The notes under the pieces were generated by a model, which saw only the letters and a list, made by a program, of their open reading frames with translations, had not been told where the DNA came from and searched no databases. Positions 9,592 to 20,200 of a DNA stretch of 64,000 bases are shown in pieces. The DNA lies in IMG/VR virus record IMGVR_UViG_3300044633_003049, positions 124,001 to 188,000 of that record; one strand, written 5' to 3'. The position numbers and the translations under genes were made by a program. Every line of letters starts with the position of its first letter. Position 1 is the first letter of the stretch.

Positions 9592-9619
9592 GTTGTATAT
9601 TATAACAAAAAAATCTTAT

Positions 9620-9692
9620 AAAAAAAAATGGAGGCCAGACACCACGCTGACCTCCTACCAACCAAACAAGGCTTTTAACCCTTGTCCCGTCC
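9620..9692 (-). ncRNA. Candidate small structured RNA (two hairpins, the second a terminator)
   Basis: GC-rich island in an AT-rich spacer: GGACGGG-ACAAGG[GTTAAAAG]CCTTGT-TTGGTTGGTA-GGAGGTCAG[CGTGGTGT]CTGGCCTCC-A-T9. Confidence 0.45.
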
Positions 9693-9746
9693 TATTATTA
9701 AATATATCATTGATAAATCGTAATATAAAATCTAAGTTGCCAAATA

Positions 9747-10358
9747 TTATTTATCCAATTGTTTTATCATATTGAAGTGACCAATAACCGCAGTGGCAGC
9801 ATCACTCATATCAAAATTTTCTTTTTTTAATTTACCGTTCTTATCATACAACCATTGAACATCAGGACATACGTCATTAACGTGATCCCAAATAACTTGT
9901 TTCTTATCAATGTCTTTTGGGTATCCACCAAACAATACATTTCGTCCTTTTTCATTTGGACCCACTAAATCTGGAAATGCATATTTTCTTGCATTATATG
10001 TTGAAATGAATGTTGGAACAATCTCAAAAATATCATAAATCAGTTTACATATCATTGTATTGTATCTCAATAAAGTTCCAACTGTATAAACGTTATTAGA
10101 ATTTAATAATGGTTCCTCAATGATAACACGAGTGATTCCCATATCTTTATATCCTTCCAAATGTCTTTGAAATGTATTGGCCTTCATCATAAGTTCTTCC
10201 AACTTATCTTCAGGTTGTGGTTTAATTTTAGGGGAAAAATGCGTTAGTTCTAATAATTTAGAACCTGAAATATCAAACAAAGCAAACCCAATGGTTTTTG
10301 TACTAATATCAAGTCCCAGTATCTTTGGCTTATTCTTAAATTTTACATCTATACTCAT
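9747..10358 (-). CDS. RuvC-like Holliday junction resolvase
   Basis: ILGLDISTKTIG, VIIEEP and C-terminal DMSDA acidic motifs. Confidence 0.85.
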   Translation of the reverse strand: MSIDVKFKNKPKILGLDISTKTIGFALFDISGSKLLELTHFSPKIKPQPEDKLEELMMKANTFQRHLEGYKDMGITRVIIEEPLLNSNNVYTVGTLLRYNTMICKLIYDIFEIVPTFISTYNARKYAFPDLVGPNEKGRNVLFGGYPKDIDKKQVIWDHVNDVCPDVQWLYDKNGKLKKENFDMSDAATAVIGHFNMIKQLDK

Positions 10359-10364
10359 AATTCT

Positions 10365-10393
10365 AATATAAAGTAAATTAAAATAAATGTAAA
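10365..10393 (-). promoter_or_regulatory. Sigma70-like promoter for the resolvase gene
   Basis: TTTACA-N17-TATATT on the minus strand, ending 6 nt before the ATG. Confidence 0.5.
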
Positions 10394-10396
10394 TCG

Positions 10397-11899
10397 TTAG
10401 AAATCAATTTTTACCGACACAATTTGAGCACCAACTCTTGGTATTGGTGATGCCAATTTACCCATAACCAATGTTTCTTTATTATTATTCAATAAAGCAA
10501 CTTCGGTCATCGTTGGATTTCCAGTGGTATATGTTGGGTTTTGAGACTTATCAAAAACTCCATTGGGTAAATTCAAATCAAAACTCATTTCTTCAACATC
10601 ACTTGCCCTAACTAAATTAACCGTTCCAAATGTCGTTCCACTTGTATTTGGGAAAGTTGTTAATGATGAAGTATATTGTGTTCCGCTCGCAATTTTAGTT
10701 TGATTTAACGTAAATGTATATCCTGTTTTTAAATCATTTATAGAATTCAATTCACTTGTTAAATTAATTATATTCCATGAAGTATGACTTGGGGTATTTC
10801 CTGTGGTGAATTGATAAAGTACATTAAATTGATTTCCGGTATATCCATTATTTAAATAATTAAAACTATTACCACTAAATTGAACGGTAACAACTTCGTT
10901 ATTTGACGACCCCGTTACTTTCATAAAATAATTACATGGTAATTTAGTGGTGTCTAAGGTATATGTAATCCAAAGAGTTTGTCCAGTTGTTAAACTTGTA
11001 ATTGGATCACTATTAGATACTAATGTATTAACAAATGGTGCAGGTAACGTATAAGTTCTACTTGAAGCTTGGTCTAACGCTACCACAATTTCTTCATCGT
11101 CAATAACTATTAATTTATGATTTTGAAATATTTTACCAACTACATTCGCAGTATTACCTGTTGAGTCTACTAAATCCATATAGTCGATTGTTAATCTACT
11201 ATTTAAATTTGAAACTATAGTTTTTGAACTACCAGTTGTCATGTAAAATGTTGTTCCCGTACTTCTATGGTATTTTAAATCGGGTATTGTTACACTAAAA
11301 TATTGTTTGTCGGTTTTTGTATTTGGTGATGTAACACCTGTATATGTACTAATATAGTCATCATATTTAAAGAAACTATTAACATCAGTACCACCACTAT
11401 AATGTAAAATTGCAATTGCTTTTTGTTCTTCTGGAGATATTACAACTTGATTACCAATTGTATTAGTAATTGTTGTTCCTGTATTTGATGTTTGTCCCGA
11501 AGATGATGAATAACCAAAAAATGATTTTATTCCCAAATATTTACTATTTGAAAAATTTGTAAATCCAGTAGTTGCGTAGCCAATTGGATTTTTTTCCCAA
11601 ACAACATTTGATGTCCATCCAGTGTCTGTCATAACATTTCTACAAACTGATGTTATTTGATTACTTATTGGAACACCAAAAAATGTACTACCACTTGTAT
11701 ACCAAAAAGGGTATTTTACATTTATATCTTTATCAAATGGTTCCAACGTAGTTTGTGTACTTGGTCCACTGTAGTTATATTCTGAATCACCAACTGCAAA
11801 ATAACTAACATTAAAATTACCAGATGCAATTGCATTTCTACCTTTTTGTGTTAATCTTGCGGCCACTGTTGCCGAATATGTTGGGTTTAAAAAGCTCAT
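10397..11899 (-). CDS. Virion structural protein (baseplate/fibre attachment type)
   Basis: N-terminal RLTQKGR...YFAVGD and C-terminal TEVALLN...GKLASPI...VKIDF resemble the two ends of a tail-fibre base domain. S/T/G-rich middle. Confidence 0.65.
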   Translation of the reverse strand: MSFLNPTYSATVAARLTQKGRNAIASGNFNVSYFAVGDSEYNYSGPSTQTTLEPFDKDINVKYPFWYTSGSTFFGVPISNQITSVCRNVMTDTGWTSNVVWEKNPIGYATTGFTNFSNSKYLGIKSFFGYSSSSGQTSNTGTTITNTIGNQVVISPEEQKAIAILHYSGGTDVNSFFKYDDYISTYTGVTSPNTKTDKQYFSVTIPDLKYHRSTGTTFYMTTGSSKTIVSNLNSRLTIDYMDLVDSTGNTANVVGKIFQNHKLIVIDDEEIVVALDQASSRTYTLPAPFVNTLVSNSDPITSLTTGQTLWITYTLDTTKLPCNYFMKVTGSSNNEVVTVQFSGNSFNYLNNGYTGNQFNVLYQFTTGNTPSHTSWNIINLTSELNSINDLKTGYTFTLNQTKIASGTQYTSSLTTFPNTSGTTFGTVNLVRASDVEEMSFDLNLPNGVFDKSQNPTYTTGNPTMTEVALLNNNKETLVMGKLASPIPRVGAQIVSVKIDF

Positions 11900-11927
11900 A
11901 TATTATAAATATTATTTTTTTATTTTA

Positions 11928-14900
11928 TTAACATTGTGGTATGTGGTAATTAAATACTCCCGAATTTAACTCCCAACTTGTATTAGACGAATCGATAAAA
12001 CAACTAGTTGTTATAGGATTACCAATGCTATTTCTAGCTATAGCGGTACAAGTTGTTGAAGAACCTCCACCTAAACCATTAAATAAATTACCATTTGCAA
12101 CAAATAAATTATAATCTACACTATCGAGGAATATCCTCATAATTGTACCATTTGTACATCCATCTGAATCACATGTCGTGCCAATGTCGGCCAAATTATT
12201 TGTCAAACCGTTTGATGTTGGTGTTGGTGTTGGTGTCGGTGTATTAGTTGATGTATTTGTAGGTGTATTTGTAGGTGTATTAGTAGGTGTATTAGTTGGT
12301 GTAACCGTATTAGTTGGTGTGTTAGTTGGTGTTTTAGTAGGTGTAGGAGTATTGGTAGGTGTTTTGGTAGGTGTAGGGGTATTGGTAGGTGTTTTAGTAG
12401 GTGTTATAGTTGGGGTAGGTGTATTAGTTGGAGTATGTGTAGGTCTAGGTGTTTGTGGTATAGGATTTGAACAGTTATATTGATCATCATTGTAATCAAT
12501 ACCAACTGGATTTGTTAAACCATATCTTGGTTTTTGATATTTATATTTACATCTATTGAATATTGTATTAGAAATTAAATTTCCACCTGTCCATAATGTT
12601 GTCGCTGGTACAAATTGTTCAACCACTTTTACCCAATATGGACTCATTTTATTTATATATTCATTTATCGAAATGAAATCATATGGTGTAAATCCTGTGT
12701 TAGTGTTGGTAATGTAACTATTAAATACTTCCGTTAAACCAGTATATGATTTATCGTATTTTGATGTATTTGAATTTATCACCAATGTGTTTAATATGTT
12801 TTCAATATATTCATTAAATGTTACACCTGTTTGTGGTGTTAAACCTCCAAAGGATAATTCTAAATTTCTTGATTGTCTATAAACGTCATATTCAATTCCT
12901 TGTGATGGTGATAAATGGACACTAATATTTTTTCTATTTAAAACAAGTTGTTGGTCATTTACATTAACTTTTTTATTATCAATTTTTGATGTTAAATCAA
13001 ACCCATAATCTAATCCAGGTAAAGTTCTAAATGTGTCAAAATAATCTTCACCATATGTGTATGGTTTTGACATTGTTTTAATATATTTTGTTCGACCTGT
13101 TAATTGAAAAACTCCGTTTACAAATGACCCGCTTGATAAATTTGTATCAATTATATCTGACGACCTATGGTCAAGTGTTGTATCGTACCAACCAGAACCT
13201 TTTCCAAAAAATATATCACTTTGGGTATTTGTTGTTTTTCTAGGTAATCCATTTTCATCAATTGGATATTCATCTCTACTTAATGTTGATGAACTTATTG
13301 TTAATCCAGTTAGATATGTGTATCCCGATGTTGTATCCGTAAGTCCTGAACTATTTACGTACATAGTATATTCAAACCCACTACCTATTGTATATCCAGT
13401 AACTACTGTATCAACTTTTGTTCCTTGGATTACGTCGTATAAATCGGTTTCTAAATTAGGGTTGTTTGGTAATTTTGTTACATTATAAACAAACTCATTA
13501 ATTTTAATTATTGGTTCGGGAGCTCCGATAAACTTTAAAAAGAATTCCAAAGACGCTCGTGTTCCTTTTGATTTATATATGTAAGCAAGATTAACTAATA
13601 ATCTTCTATAAAATTCATATTCAGCTTCCACTAAAGTTTTACCTAATGATATACCATTAAACACAGTATCTTGTCTTAAGTATAAAGTATCCTCTAATGA
13701 TTTTTCATCAAATAAATTAATGGTTGATAATCCTAATGTTTGTGAAAGATTCTTCAATAAAATATCAGGAAAATTATTTATTCCATCATAACTTACATTA
13801 CGCATGTAAGCAATATTATCAATATATTTTTTTACTCTATCGAATGATTGACCATATAATTGAAAGATGGATTGTGCCTTTTGGTCGTCAGTATCAAATT
13901 CAAATAATTGTGGTGCTGTTAAAAATCTTACAATTAAGTTAGATTTATAATCATCTATCTCATCACCTAAACTACTTAATTGACTAATATAATCAGCATA
14001 ATCAATACCGACTATTTGTAAATTCCAACCATCTTTCGTTGTTGGCCAATTAACATATACATTAACAATTTCAGTTTTAGTTTCATCAAAACTATCTTTC
14101 GGTACCTTAAAACTTGCTTGATATTTTGGGTTAGTTTCTCTATTTAATAAAAGAGTTTCTAATTCGTCTAACCCACTAAAAAATTCTTCGGTAATTCCAT
14201 TATTTGGCCTTATTAAAACATTTTCAGTAAATCCTGTTAACCCATTAAATGGATTTCCTTTAACTTTTAATTTAATTAAATTAGAACTATCAGGTTCGGT
14301 ATATGAAACAATATCATATGTTAAACCACTATATTCACTATTATCTAAACGTTGTATGGTGTATTTTGTATATGATGAATAAAAATTTCTAATTGTATTA
14401 TCCACATTAGGTAAAGTATTACTTAATGGTTTAATAAGTGTAATATCAAAAGGATTAAATAAAATTGATTTTTGAATGTAAAATTCAGTTGTCTTTGCAT
14501 TTTCACTATAAGTTATTCCCGATAATGTTACGTCAATACTTTTAATGGGACTATCTTTATCAACTAATATAGCTGCAGGAAAGTTTGTGATAATATTTGA
14601 TATAGATACTTGTAATCTTTGTTTTAATGAACCGTATAAAGATTTTCCGGCATCGTTAATCCCACCTTTAAATTTAATTTTTTCTTTTTTCTTTACACTA
14701 CCATTTTGTGTTGTTTCACCACTTAACTCTTCTTTTAAATCTTTTAATGTTAAGAAATCGGAAAATGGTTGTGATTTAAAATTTTTGCTATCTTTTTCAG
14801 GAATGACTCTATTAATATCAAAGTTCGTATTAGTCAGTTGACTAGTACCATCTGTAATCTGTGTACCAACTAATTTATCGCTAAACGTTTCTACACCACT

Positions 14901-14939
14901 AGCAGCTTCACTTGGAACTTTATATCTTACTTTAGCCAT
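11928..14939 (-). CDS. Baseplate wedge protein (P2 gpI/T4 gp7-like segment) with C-terminal Pro/Thr stalk
   Basis: YRRLLVNLAYIYKSKGTRASLEFFLKFIG segment, TPTN repeats, and a Cys-containing terminal domain. Confidence 0.65.
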   Translation of the reverse strand: MAKVRYKVPSEAASGVETFSDKLVGTQITDGTSQLTNTNFDINRVIPEKDSKNFKSQPFSDFLTLKDLKEELSGETTQNGSVKKKEKIKFKGGINDAGKSLYGSLKQRLQVSISNIITNFPAAILVDKDSPIKSIDVTLSGITYSENAKTTEFYIQKSILFNPFDITLIKPLSNTLPNVDNTIRNFYSSYTKYTIQRLDNSEYSGLTYDIVSYTEPDSSNLIKLKVKGNPFNGLTGFTENVLIRPNNGITEEFFSGLDELETLLLNRETNPKYQASFKVPKDSFDETKTEIVNVYVNWPTTKDGWNLQIVGIDYADYISQLSSLGDEIDDYKSNLIVRFLTAPQLFEFDTDDQKAQSIFQLYGQSFDRVKKYIDNIAYMRNVSYDGINNFPDILLKNLSQTLGLSTINLFDEKSLEDTLYLRQDTVFNGISLGKTLVEAEYEFYRRLLVNLAYIYKSKGTRASLEFFLKFIGAPEPIIKINEFVYNVTKLPNNPNLETDLYDVIQGTKVDTVVTGYTIGSGFEYTMYVNSSGLTDTTSGYTYLTGLTISSSTLSRDEYPIDENGLPRKTTNTQSDIFFGKGSGWYDTTLDHRSSDIIDTNLSSGSFVNGVFQLTGRTKYIKTMSKPYTYGEDYFDTFRTLPGLDYGFDLTSKIDNKKVNVNDQQLVLNRKNISVHLSPSQGIEYDVYRQSRNLELSFGGLTPQTGVTFNEYIENILNTLVINSNTSKYDKSYTGLTEVFNSYITNTNTGFTPYDFISINEYINKMSPYWVKVVEQFVPATTLWTGGNLISNTIFNRCKYKYQKPRYGLTNPVGIDYNDDQYNCSNPIPQTPRPTHTPTNTPTPTITPTKTPTNTPTPTKTPTNTPTPTKTPTNTPTNTVTPTNTPTNTPTNTPTNTSTNTPTPTPTPTSNGLTNNLADIGTTCDSDGCTNGTIMRIFLDSVDYNLFVANGNLFNGLGGGSSTTCTAIARNSIGNPITTSCFIDSSNTSWELNSGVFNYHIPQC
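12214..12460 (-). repeat. Coding low-complexity repeat encoding ([12 protein letters not shown])n
   Basis: Degenerate 12-nt periodicity (gtattagttggt-type units). Confidence 0.9.
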
Positions 14940-15847
14940 TATCCTGTTATGTTATCTAAATTTAAGGTTTCATCAACGCTTGTTCTTTCTTCACGAACTT
15001 CATATAATGTCTCATTAAATTGGTCTTTAATTTCGTAAAGATTGTATTGTTTATAGATATTTTTATCCTTATCGTAGATTGTGTAAATACCTGGAGCAAT
15101 TGCCTTAGTTTGGTCACCGTAAAGTGCGTGTGCCAATGTTGATGCATCATGTTCAACCATTTCAATTTCAACCGTTGTTGGGTTGAAAAATGTATTTGTT
15201 AAAATAATAGTTTGACCTGGTTCGCCGATAAATGGAACCACATTAGGTCTACTTGATGGTGATGAACTTGGTGTTACTGTTAAAAATATAAAATTAGATT
15301 GGGAATCGGTATATTGATACCTAATTGCCTTATCTGTTGAGTTTGATAAATTTGCGGTAGTTGGTACACAATAAAAAGAAGAAGTTACCAATCTATAAAA
15401 GTTTGGAACTTTTTGATTATTATTATTATTAATGTATTCAATTCTATAACCAACTAAACCTTGTGGTGTGAATTTTCCTTGGTCGTCCACCGGTACATTA
15501 CCAATGTCAATAACCAATCCTCTAACTGATGGAAGTGAAGCTAAAACTCCACAATCCATAATATTTGTCCTAACTTGTTTAGGACGTAAATGTAATGTGT
15601 AAATTCCCAATTCGGAGAATTGTCCTGCTTGTAATTTTAAATTATATAATCCACCTAAAATTTCTTTGTTTGCAACTCCACCTGTCGTTTCATTATGAAA
15701 CACCGGTGTTAATATTGCTGTCGAGTCTAATTTTGTTAATGTTGGTGTAACGTTCGCAGTTCTATCTGAAACGTAATGATATAATATCTCTACGTCTGCT
15801 GGTGATACGTCTGCGGGTCTTACAATACCATATGATCCTACTGCCAT
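14939..15847 (-). CDS. Putative virion structural protein
   Basis: 302 aa inside the structural cluster. TATTTAT upstream. TAATG coupling to the next gene. Confidence 0.6.
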   Translation of the reverse strand: MAVGSYGIVRPADVSPADVEILYHYVSDRTANVTPTLTKLDSTAILTPVFHNETTGGVANKEILGGLYNLKLQAGQFSELGIYTLHLRPKQVRTNIMDCGVLASLPSVRGLVIDIGNVPVDDQGKFTPQGLVGYRIEYINNNNNQKVPNFYRLVTSSFYCVPTTANLSNSTDKAIRYQYTDSQSNFIFLTVTPSSSPSSRPNVVPFIGEPGQTIILTNTFFNPTTVEIEMVEHDASTLAHALYGDQTKAIAPGIYTIYDKDKNIYKQYNLYEIKDQFNETLYEVREERTSVDETLNLDNITG

Positions 15848-15872
15848 TTTCTTTTATTAATAAATATAAATC

Positions 15873-16436
15873 TTATTGTTTTCTAACTTTAAAATACCCA
15901 TTTCCATATATACTCAATTCACCCATACTATCAATTTCACTTAACCTGAAGTTCCTTTCCATAACTCCCAATTTACCTCGTTCCACAAAAATGTCCGAAT
16001 AAACGGTTGGTTGTTCCACAAACCCCAAGAAATGTTCGTTTCTTGTTAGGGTATAGTTAATCACTTCCTCCTTGGTAAACCCCGTAGTGCTACCTGTAAT
16101 CATGGTGTACCCATCAGAATAATCTCTATATTGTAAACTTGTGGAACCAGTTGTATTGTATGTATAATCAAATGTATAACCTGTCCAAGTTGTCCCTCCT
16201 GTTATTGATCCACTTGTTAATGTTTGTGTGTATCCTGTTGCTCCGTATTTTTTTAATTCGGATAACTTACTACCACCAATACCTAAATAGGTGAAACCTG
16301 TTGTGGTATAACCCGTTGCAGGGTTATATTCATAGTCATTTAAATAATCCGAACCACTATTTGGTGTTAGTGTGTCTGACGATATGTTCGTATATGGAAT
16401 TGTGAATCCAGTAAGTGTTCCAAAAAAAGTTGACAT
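15873..16436 (-). CDS. Putative virion protein (possible C-terminal half of a split gene)
   Basis: Nine TGxT motifs. Ends DIFVERGK...YGNGYFKVRKQ. Has its own TATTTAT motif. Confidence 0.6.
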   Translation of the reverse strand: MSTFFGTLTGFTIPYTNISSDTLTPNSGSDYLNDYEYNPATGYTTTGFTYLGIGGSKLSELKKYGATGYTQTLTSGSITGGTTWTGYTFDYTYNTTGSTSLQYRDYSDGYTMITGSTTGFTKEEVINYTLTRNEHFLGFVEQPTVYSDIFVERGKLGVMERNFRLSEIDSMGELSIYGNGYFKVRKQ

Positions 16437-16516
16437 ATAAATTATTTACACCTATAAATATCTTTATTAGGTTTTAGGTAATATAAAGATTAATTTAATG
16501 TAAATAAAGGGATAGA

Positions 16517-17242
16517 TTAAACGGCCGCAGGAATATACCAATAATCAAAATCAACATAATTAGTTGTTGAGTTATGTGTTAACCTCATGGTTCCTTTTAT
16601 GGAAACAGGATCAGAATCTAATGATGTATTAGCACTACCCGTTAATGTAAACGTTTTACCTGATTTAGTGATAGAAAAACTACTAAATGGTCCGTATTGA
16701 TAATCGCCATAAACTGTGACTCCTCCCGATGTTCCACTCACATAAGATAATGTAAAACCTGTAGCATCTATATATGATAAAGTATCAAAAGTACCAACAA
16801 CGTAATTACCTACAATCTTTCCATTAGATTCCGAAAACCCATTGTATGTATAACCTGTACCTGTTTGATTAAAAGTATTAACTTGTGCTGTTGTAGGGTA
16901 ACCGTTATATATGTTGGTGAATGTTCCTGTATTTGGTTGATACACCGTTAATGCTGCCGTTGTAATGTCTTGTGTTGCAGTTGTACTACATGAGGTTGTA
17001 CTTGTTAATTTAACATAGTTATCTAAACCTGTTATACCTGAAATTCCATAACCATTAAGTAATGTGCCACCATTTACCGATGAAGTTGCGGTTTTAGTTA
17101 AACCTGTAACAATGGTTCTATCATAAACCGCAGCATCAGTTGCGACATCCCATCTATAGATTTCAACTGTAAAATTATTTGGTACTGATGATGTTCCTGT
17201 TAATTGTACACTAACTTGAGAACTTGGTAAAAATACTGGCAT
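16517..17242 (-). CDS. Thr/Ser/Gly-rich beta protein (appendage component)
   Basis: 241 aa with extracellular-type composition. TATTTAT upstream. Confidence 0.55.
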   Translation of the reverse strand: MPVFLPSSQVSVQLTGTSSVPNNFTVEIYRWDVATDAAVYDRTIVTGLTKTATSSVNGGTLLNGYGISGITGLDNYVKLTSTTSCSTTATQDITTAALTVYQPNTGTFTNIYNGYPTTAQVNTFNQTGTGYTYNGFSESNGKIVGNYVVGTFDTLSYIDATGFTLSYVSGTSGGVTVYGDYQYGPFSSFSITKSGKTFTLTGSANTSLDSDPVSIKGTMRLTHNSTTNYVDFDYWYIPAAV

Positions 17243-17277
17243 TTTTTAAATTTTTATTTCTTTTATAATAAATATCC

Positions 17278-20200
17278 TTAATCTATAATTTGAGTAATAT
17301 TTCGTTTATTTGTTCCCGCAGTTGAATCGTCATATTGTAATTGGAATACACCACCAGAAGACGGTGAAGTTTTATTGACATTGAAAGTATAATTTGCTCC
17401 ACTAGGTAATGCCCAATAACCTGAATATGTCGTTTGGTTAGGACCGGTGATATTCACTGAAATACTATATGAGGATGCCGCTCCTGATGGATCTAACACT
17501 CCATATCCAGATAACGTTCCTGAACTGGCGAATGTTGAATTACCATATAACCATATATATTTAGTTGCACCACTAGTATTTGTTACTGTAATTGTCGCGG
17601 TACCATTACTTGTTACCGGGTATGTACCGGATACAACGGTATATGCGAATTGTGATGCACATATGATTTCACTATGTGATGAATATGTAACACATCCATT
17701 TGCGTCTGTCACTCTTAAGTAATAATAACCACAACCTAATGAAGCATATCCCTCTGATGGTGACGATCCTGGTACGTTAAGTGTATTAACAATTAAAGTA
17801 TCATTTGCATAATCGTAATCAGTGTAAGAAGTTGCGGTGGTGTCTTTATATAATGTATAAGTTTTAGGGAAAACTCCACCTGTTGAGGTTACTTGAAGTG
17901 ATCCGTTTCCTGGTACCGTTTCATTAACTACCGATGTTATTGTTGCAGTTTGTACTGTTGGTTGTGTTATTGTTTGTGAATATGAATGTACACAACCTAA
18001 ACTATCTTTAACATAAACTGAATGTGCTGCAGCAGTTAATGAATTAAATGTTTTATCTAACGCAAAATATGTAACATTATCTATTGAAGTGCTGTATCCA
18101 GTTCCTGACCCACCTGACCCACCTGTTACCGCTATTGAACCATTTGAACCACCATTACAACTTACATTTGTAATTGTAAATGTCGCATTTGGTGCGGTTT
18201 TTGCTAAGTTACCAACTGAAACTGAAGCTACAGTTCCAACTCTATTATTATTTCTAGCATAACCAGTGTATGTGCCTCCAGCTAAACTACTAAATGTTCC
18301 ACTAGCTTGCCAATTATCATTATCTCTTGAATACTCATATGGTGCACCATTACCACCACTTGCGGTTAATGTAAATGCGGCAGTACTATCATCATAACAT
18401 GTTTGAACCGTTGAACTGCTACTTACCGTTAATGCCGGTAGTGATGGTGTAGGAGTTGGTGTTCCTGTAGGAGTATTAGTTGGTGTCGCTGTGTTAGTTG
18501 GGGTATTAGTTGGAGTATTAGTTGGAGTATTGGTCGGAGTATTTGTTGGTGTTGGTGTATTGGTCGGAGTATTAGTTGGTGTATTAGTTGGTGTGTTAGT
18601 AGGTGTTACCGTATTTGTTGGTGTGTTAGTAGGTGTGTTAGTAGGTGTGTTAGTAGGTGTGTTGGTTGGAGTTACTGTATTAGTTGGGGTAGGTGTTGGG
18701 GTTGGTCCTAACACAACAATACTAATACCGAATGAACAGTTTACTGTTGGTGTTGGGGTATTAGTTGGTGTAGGGGTATTGGTCGATGTAGGTGTGTTAG
18801 TTGGGGTATTAGTTGGCGTATTTGTCGGTGTGTTAGTAGGGGTTGGTGTGTTAGTAGGTGTGTTAGTAGGAGTATTAGTTGGTGTATTAGTATTAGTCGG
18901 AGTATTAGTTGGTGTGTTGGTTGGCGTTGCAGTATTAGTCGCAGTTGGGGTTGGGGTTGGTCCTAACACAACAATGCTAATACCAAATGAACAGTTTACA
19001 GTTGGTGTTGGTGTATTGGTTGGTGTAGGTGTGTTGGTCGGAGTATTAGTTGGTGTTACAGTATTAGTCGGAGTATTAGTTGGTGTGTTGGTAGGTGTAT
19101 TAGTAGGTGTTACCGTATTGGTCGGAGTATTAGTTGGGGTATTAGTTGGTGTTACCGTATTTGTTGTCGTAGGTGTTGGAGTTGGTGCTAACACAACAAT
19201 GCTAATACCAAATGAACAGTTTACAGTTGGTGTTGGAGTATTAGTTGGAGTTACAGTTGGGGTAACCGTATTAGTTGGTGTATTAGTAGGGGTTGGTGTA
19301 TTGGTAGGTGTTGGAGTTGGACTTAATATTGCAACACTAACACCGAATGAACAGTTTACTGTTGGAGTTGGTGTATTGGTTGGAGTTATAGTTGGTGTAA
19401 CCGTATTAGTTGGTGTTGGAGTTGGTGTTGGTACGACATAACAAACTCCTGTTTCTAAAATTCTAATATTTGCGGGTGGATAATACGTTTCAGTATCTAC
19501 AACAGGAACTAATGATTGATATTGAATTGGGTCTGTAATTTCATATATAGCCTCAGAGACATAAATAACTTCAGTTATAAAACCATTATTAATCGTATTA
19601 AATCTATTGTATTGTACATAACCATATGAATCGACAATATATGTTGTTCCCGTATAATATTCACAAGCAGTCACACCCGTACTTTGTGTAAATCCACTTT
19701 GAATAAAAGTTATTTTATCAAACGGGTTTTCAGATTCATAATCTGTTATGTTGTATGACGTTAGTGTACCTCCTGTTTGAGGGATATTTAAATATAAAAA
19801 CTGATTCGTTTCATTTGGACCAATTGTTATTTTTTCAGATGTAAGTAAACTCGTTGACCCTGTAAAAATATTAACATTAAAAGTAACACCAACGTATGAT
19901 GGTACAGTGTTACCACTAATATCGGTTAAATAAAAATTTATACCATTATCATCATTATCAAGGTCACTAATTTCTTCTGCATTAATTAAAATCGTAAAAG
20001 GATTACGATATGTAAATTTACCACTACTAAATGGAAAAATCTCTCTATAAATTGAATCCGAGGCCTCGGTATATCCTGTTCCGGTTAAATTATTATTGTA
20101 AAGAAAAAAACTTGTAGGTTCAGTTCTATTATCCACAAAACCTCTACTGACTGTTGCACCAGTAGTTGCTCCTGTGTAAAATGTATTTGTATTCCAATTT

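Noticed and set aside
18491-19441. 316-aa plus-strand VGVLVGV ORF (also 12178..12483)
   Set aside because: Antisense shadow of the TPTN repeats, whose reverse complement lacks stop codons. No independent signals.
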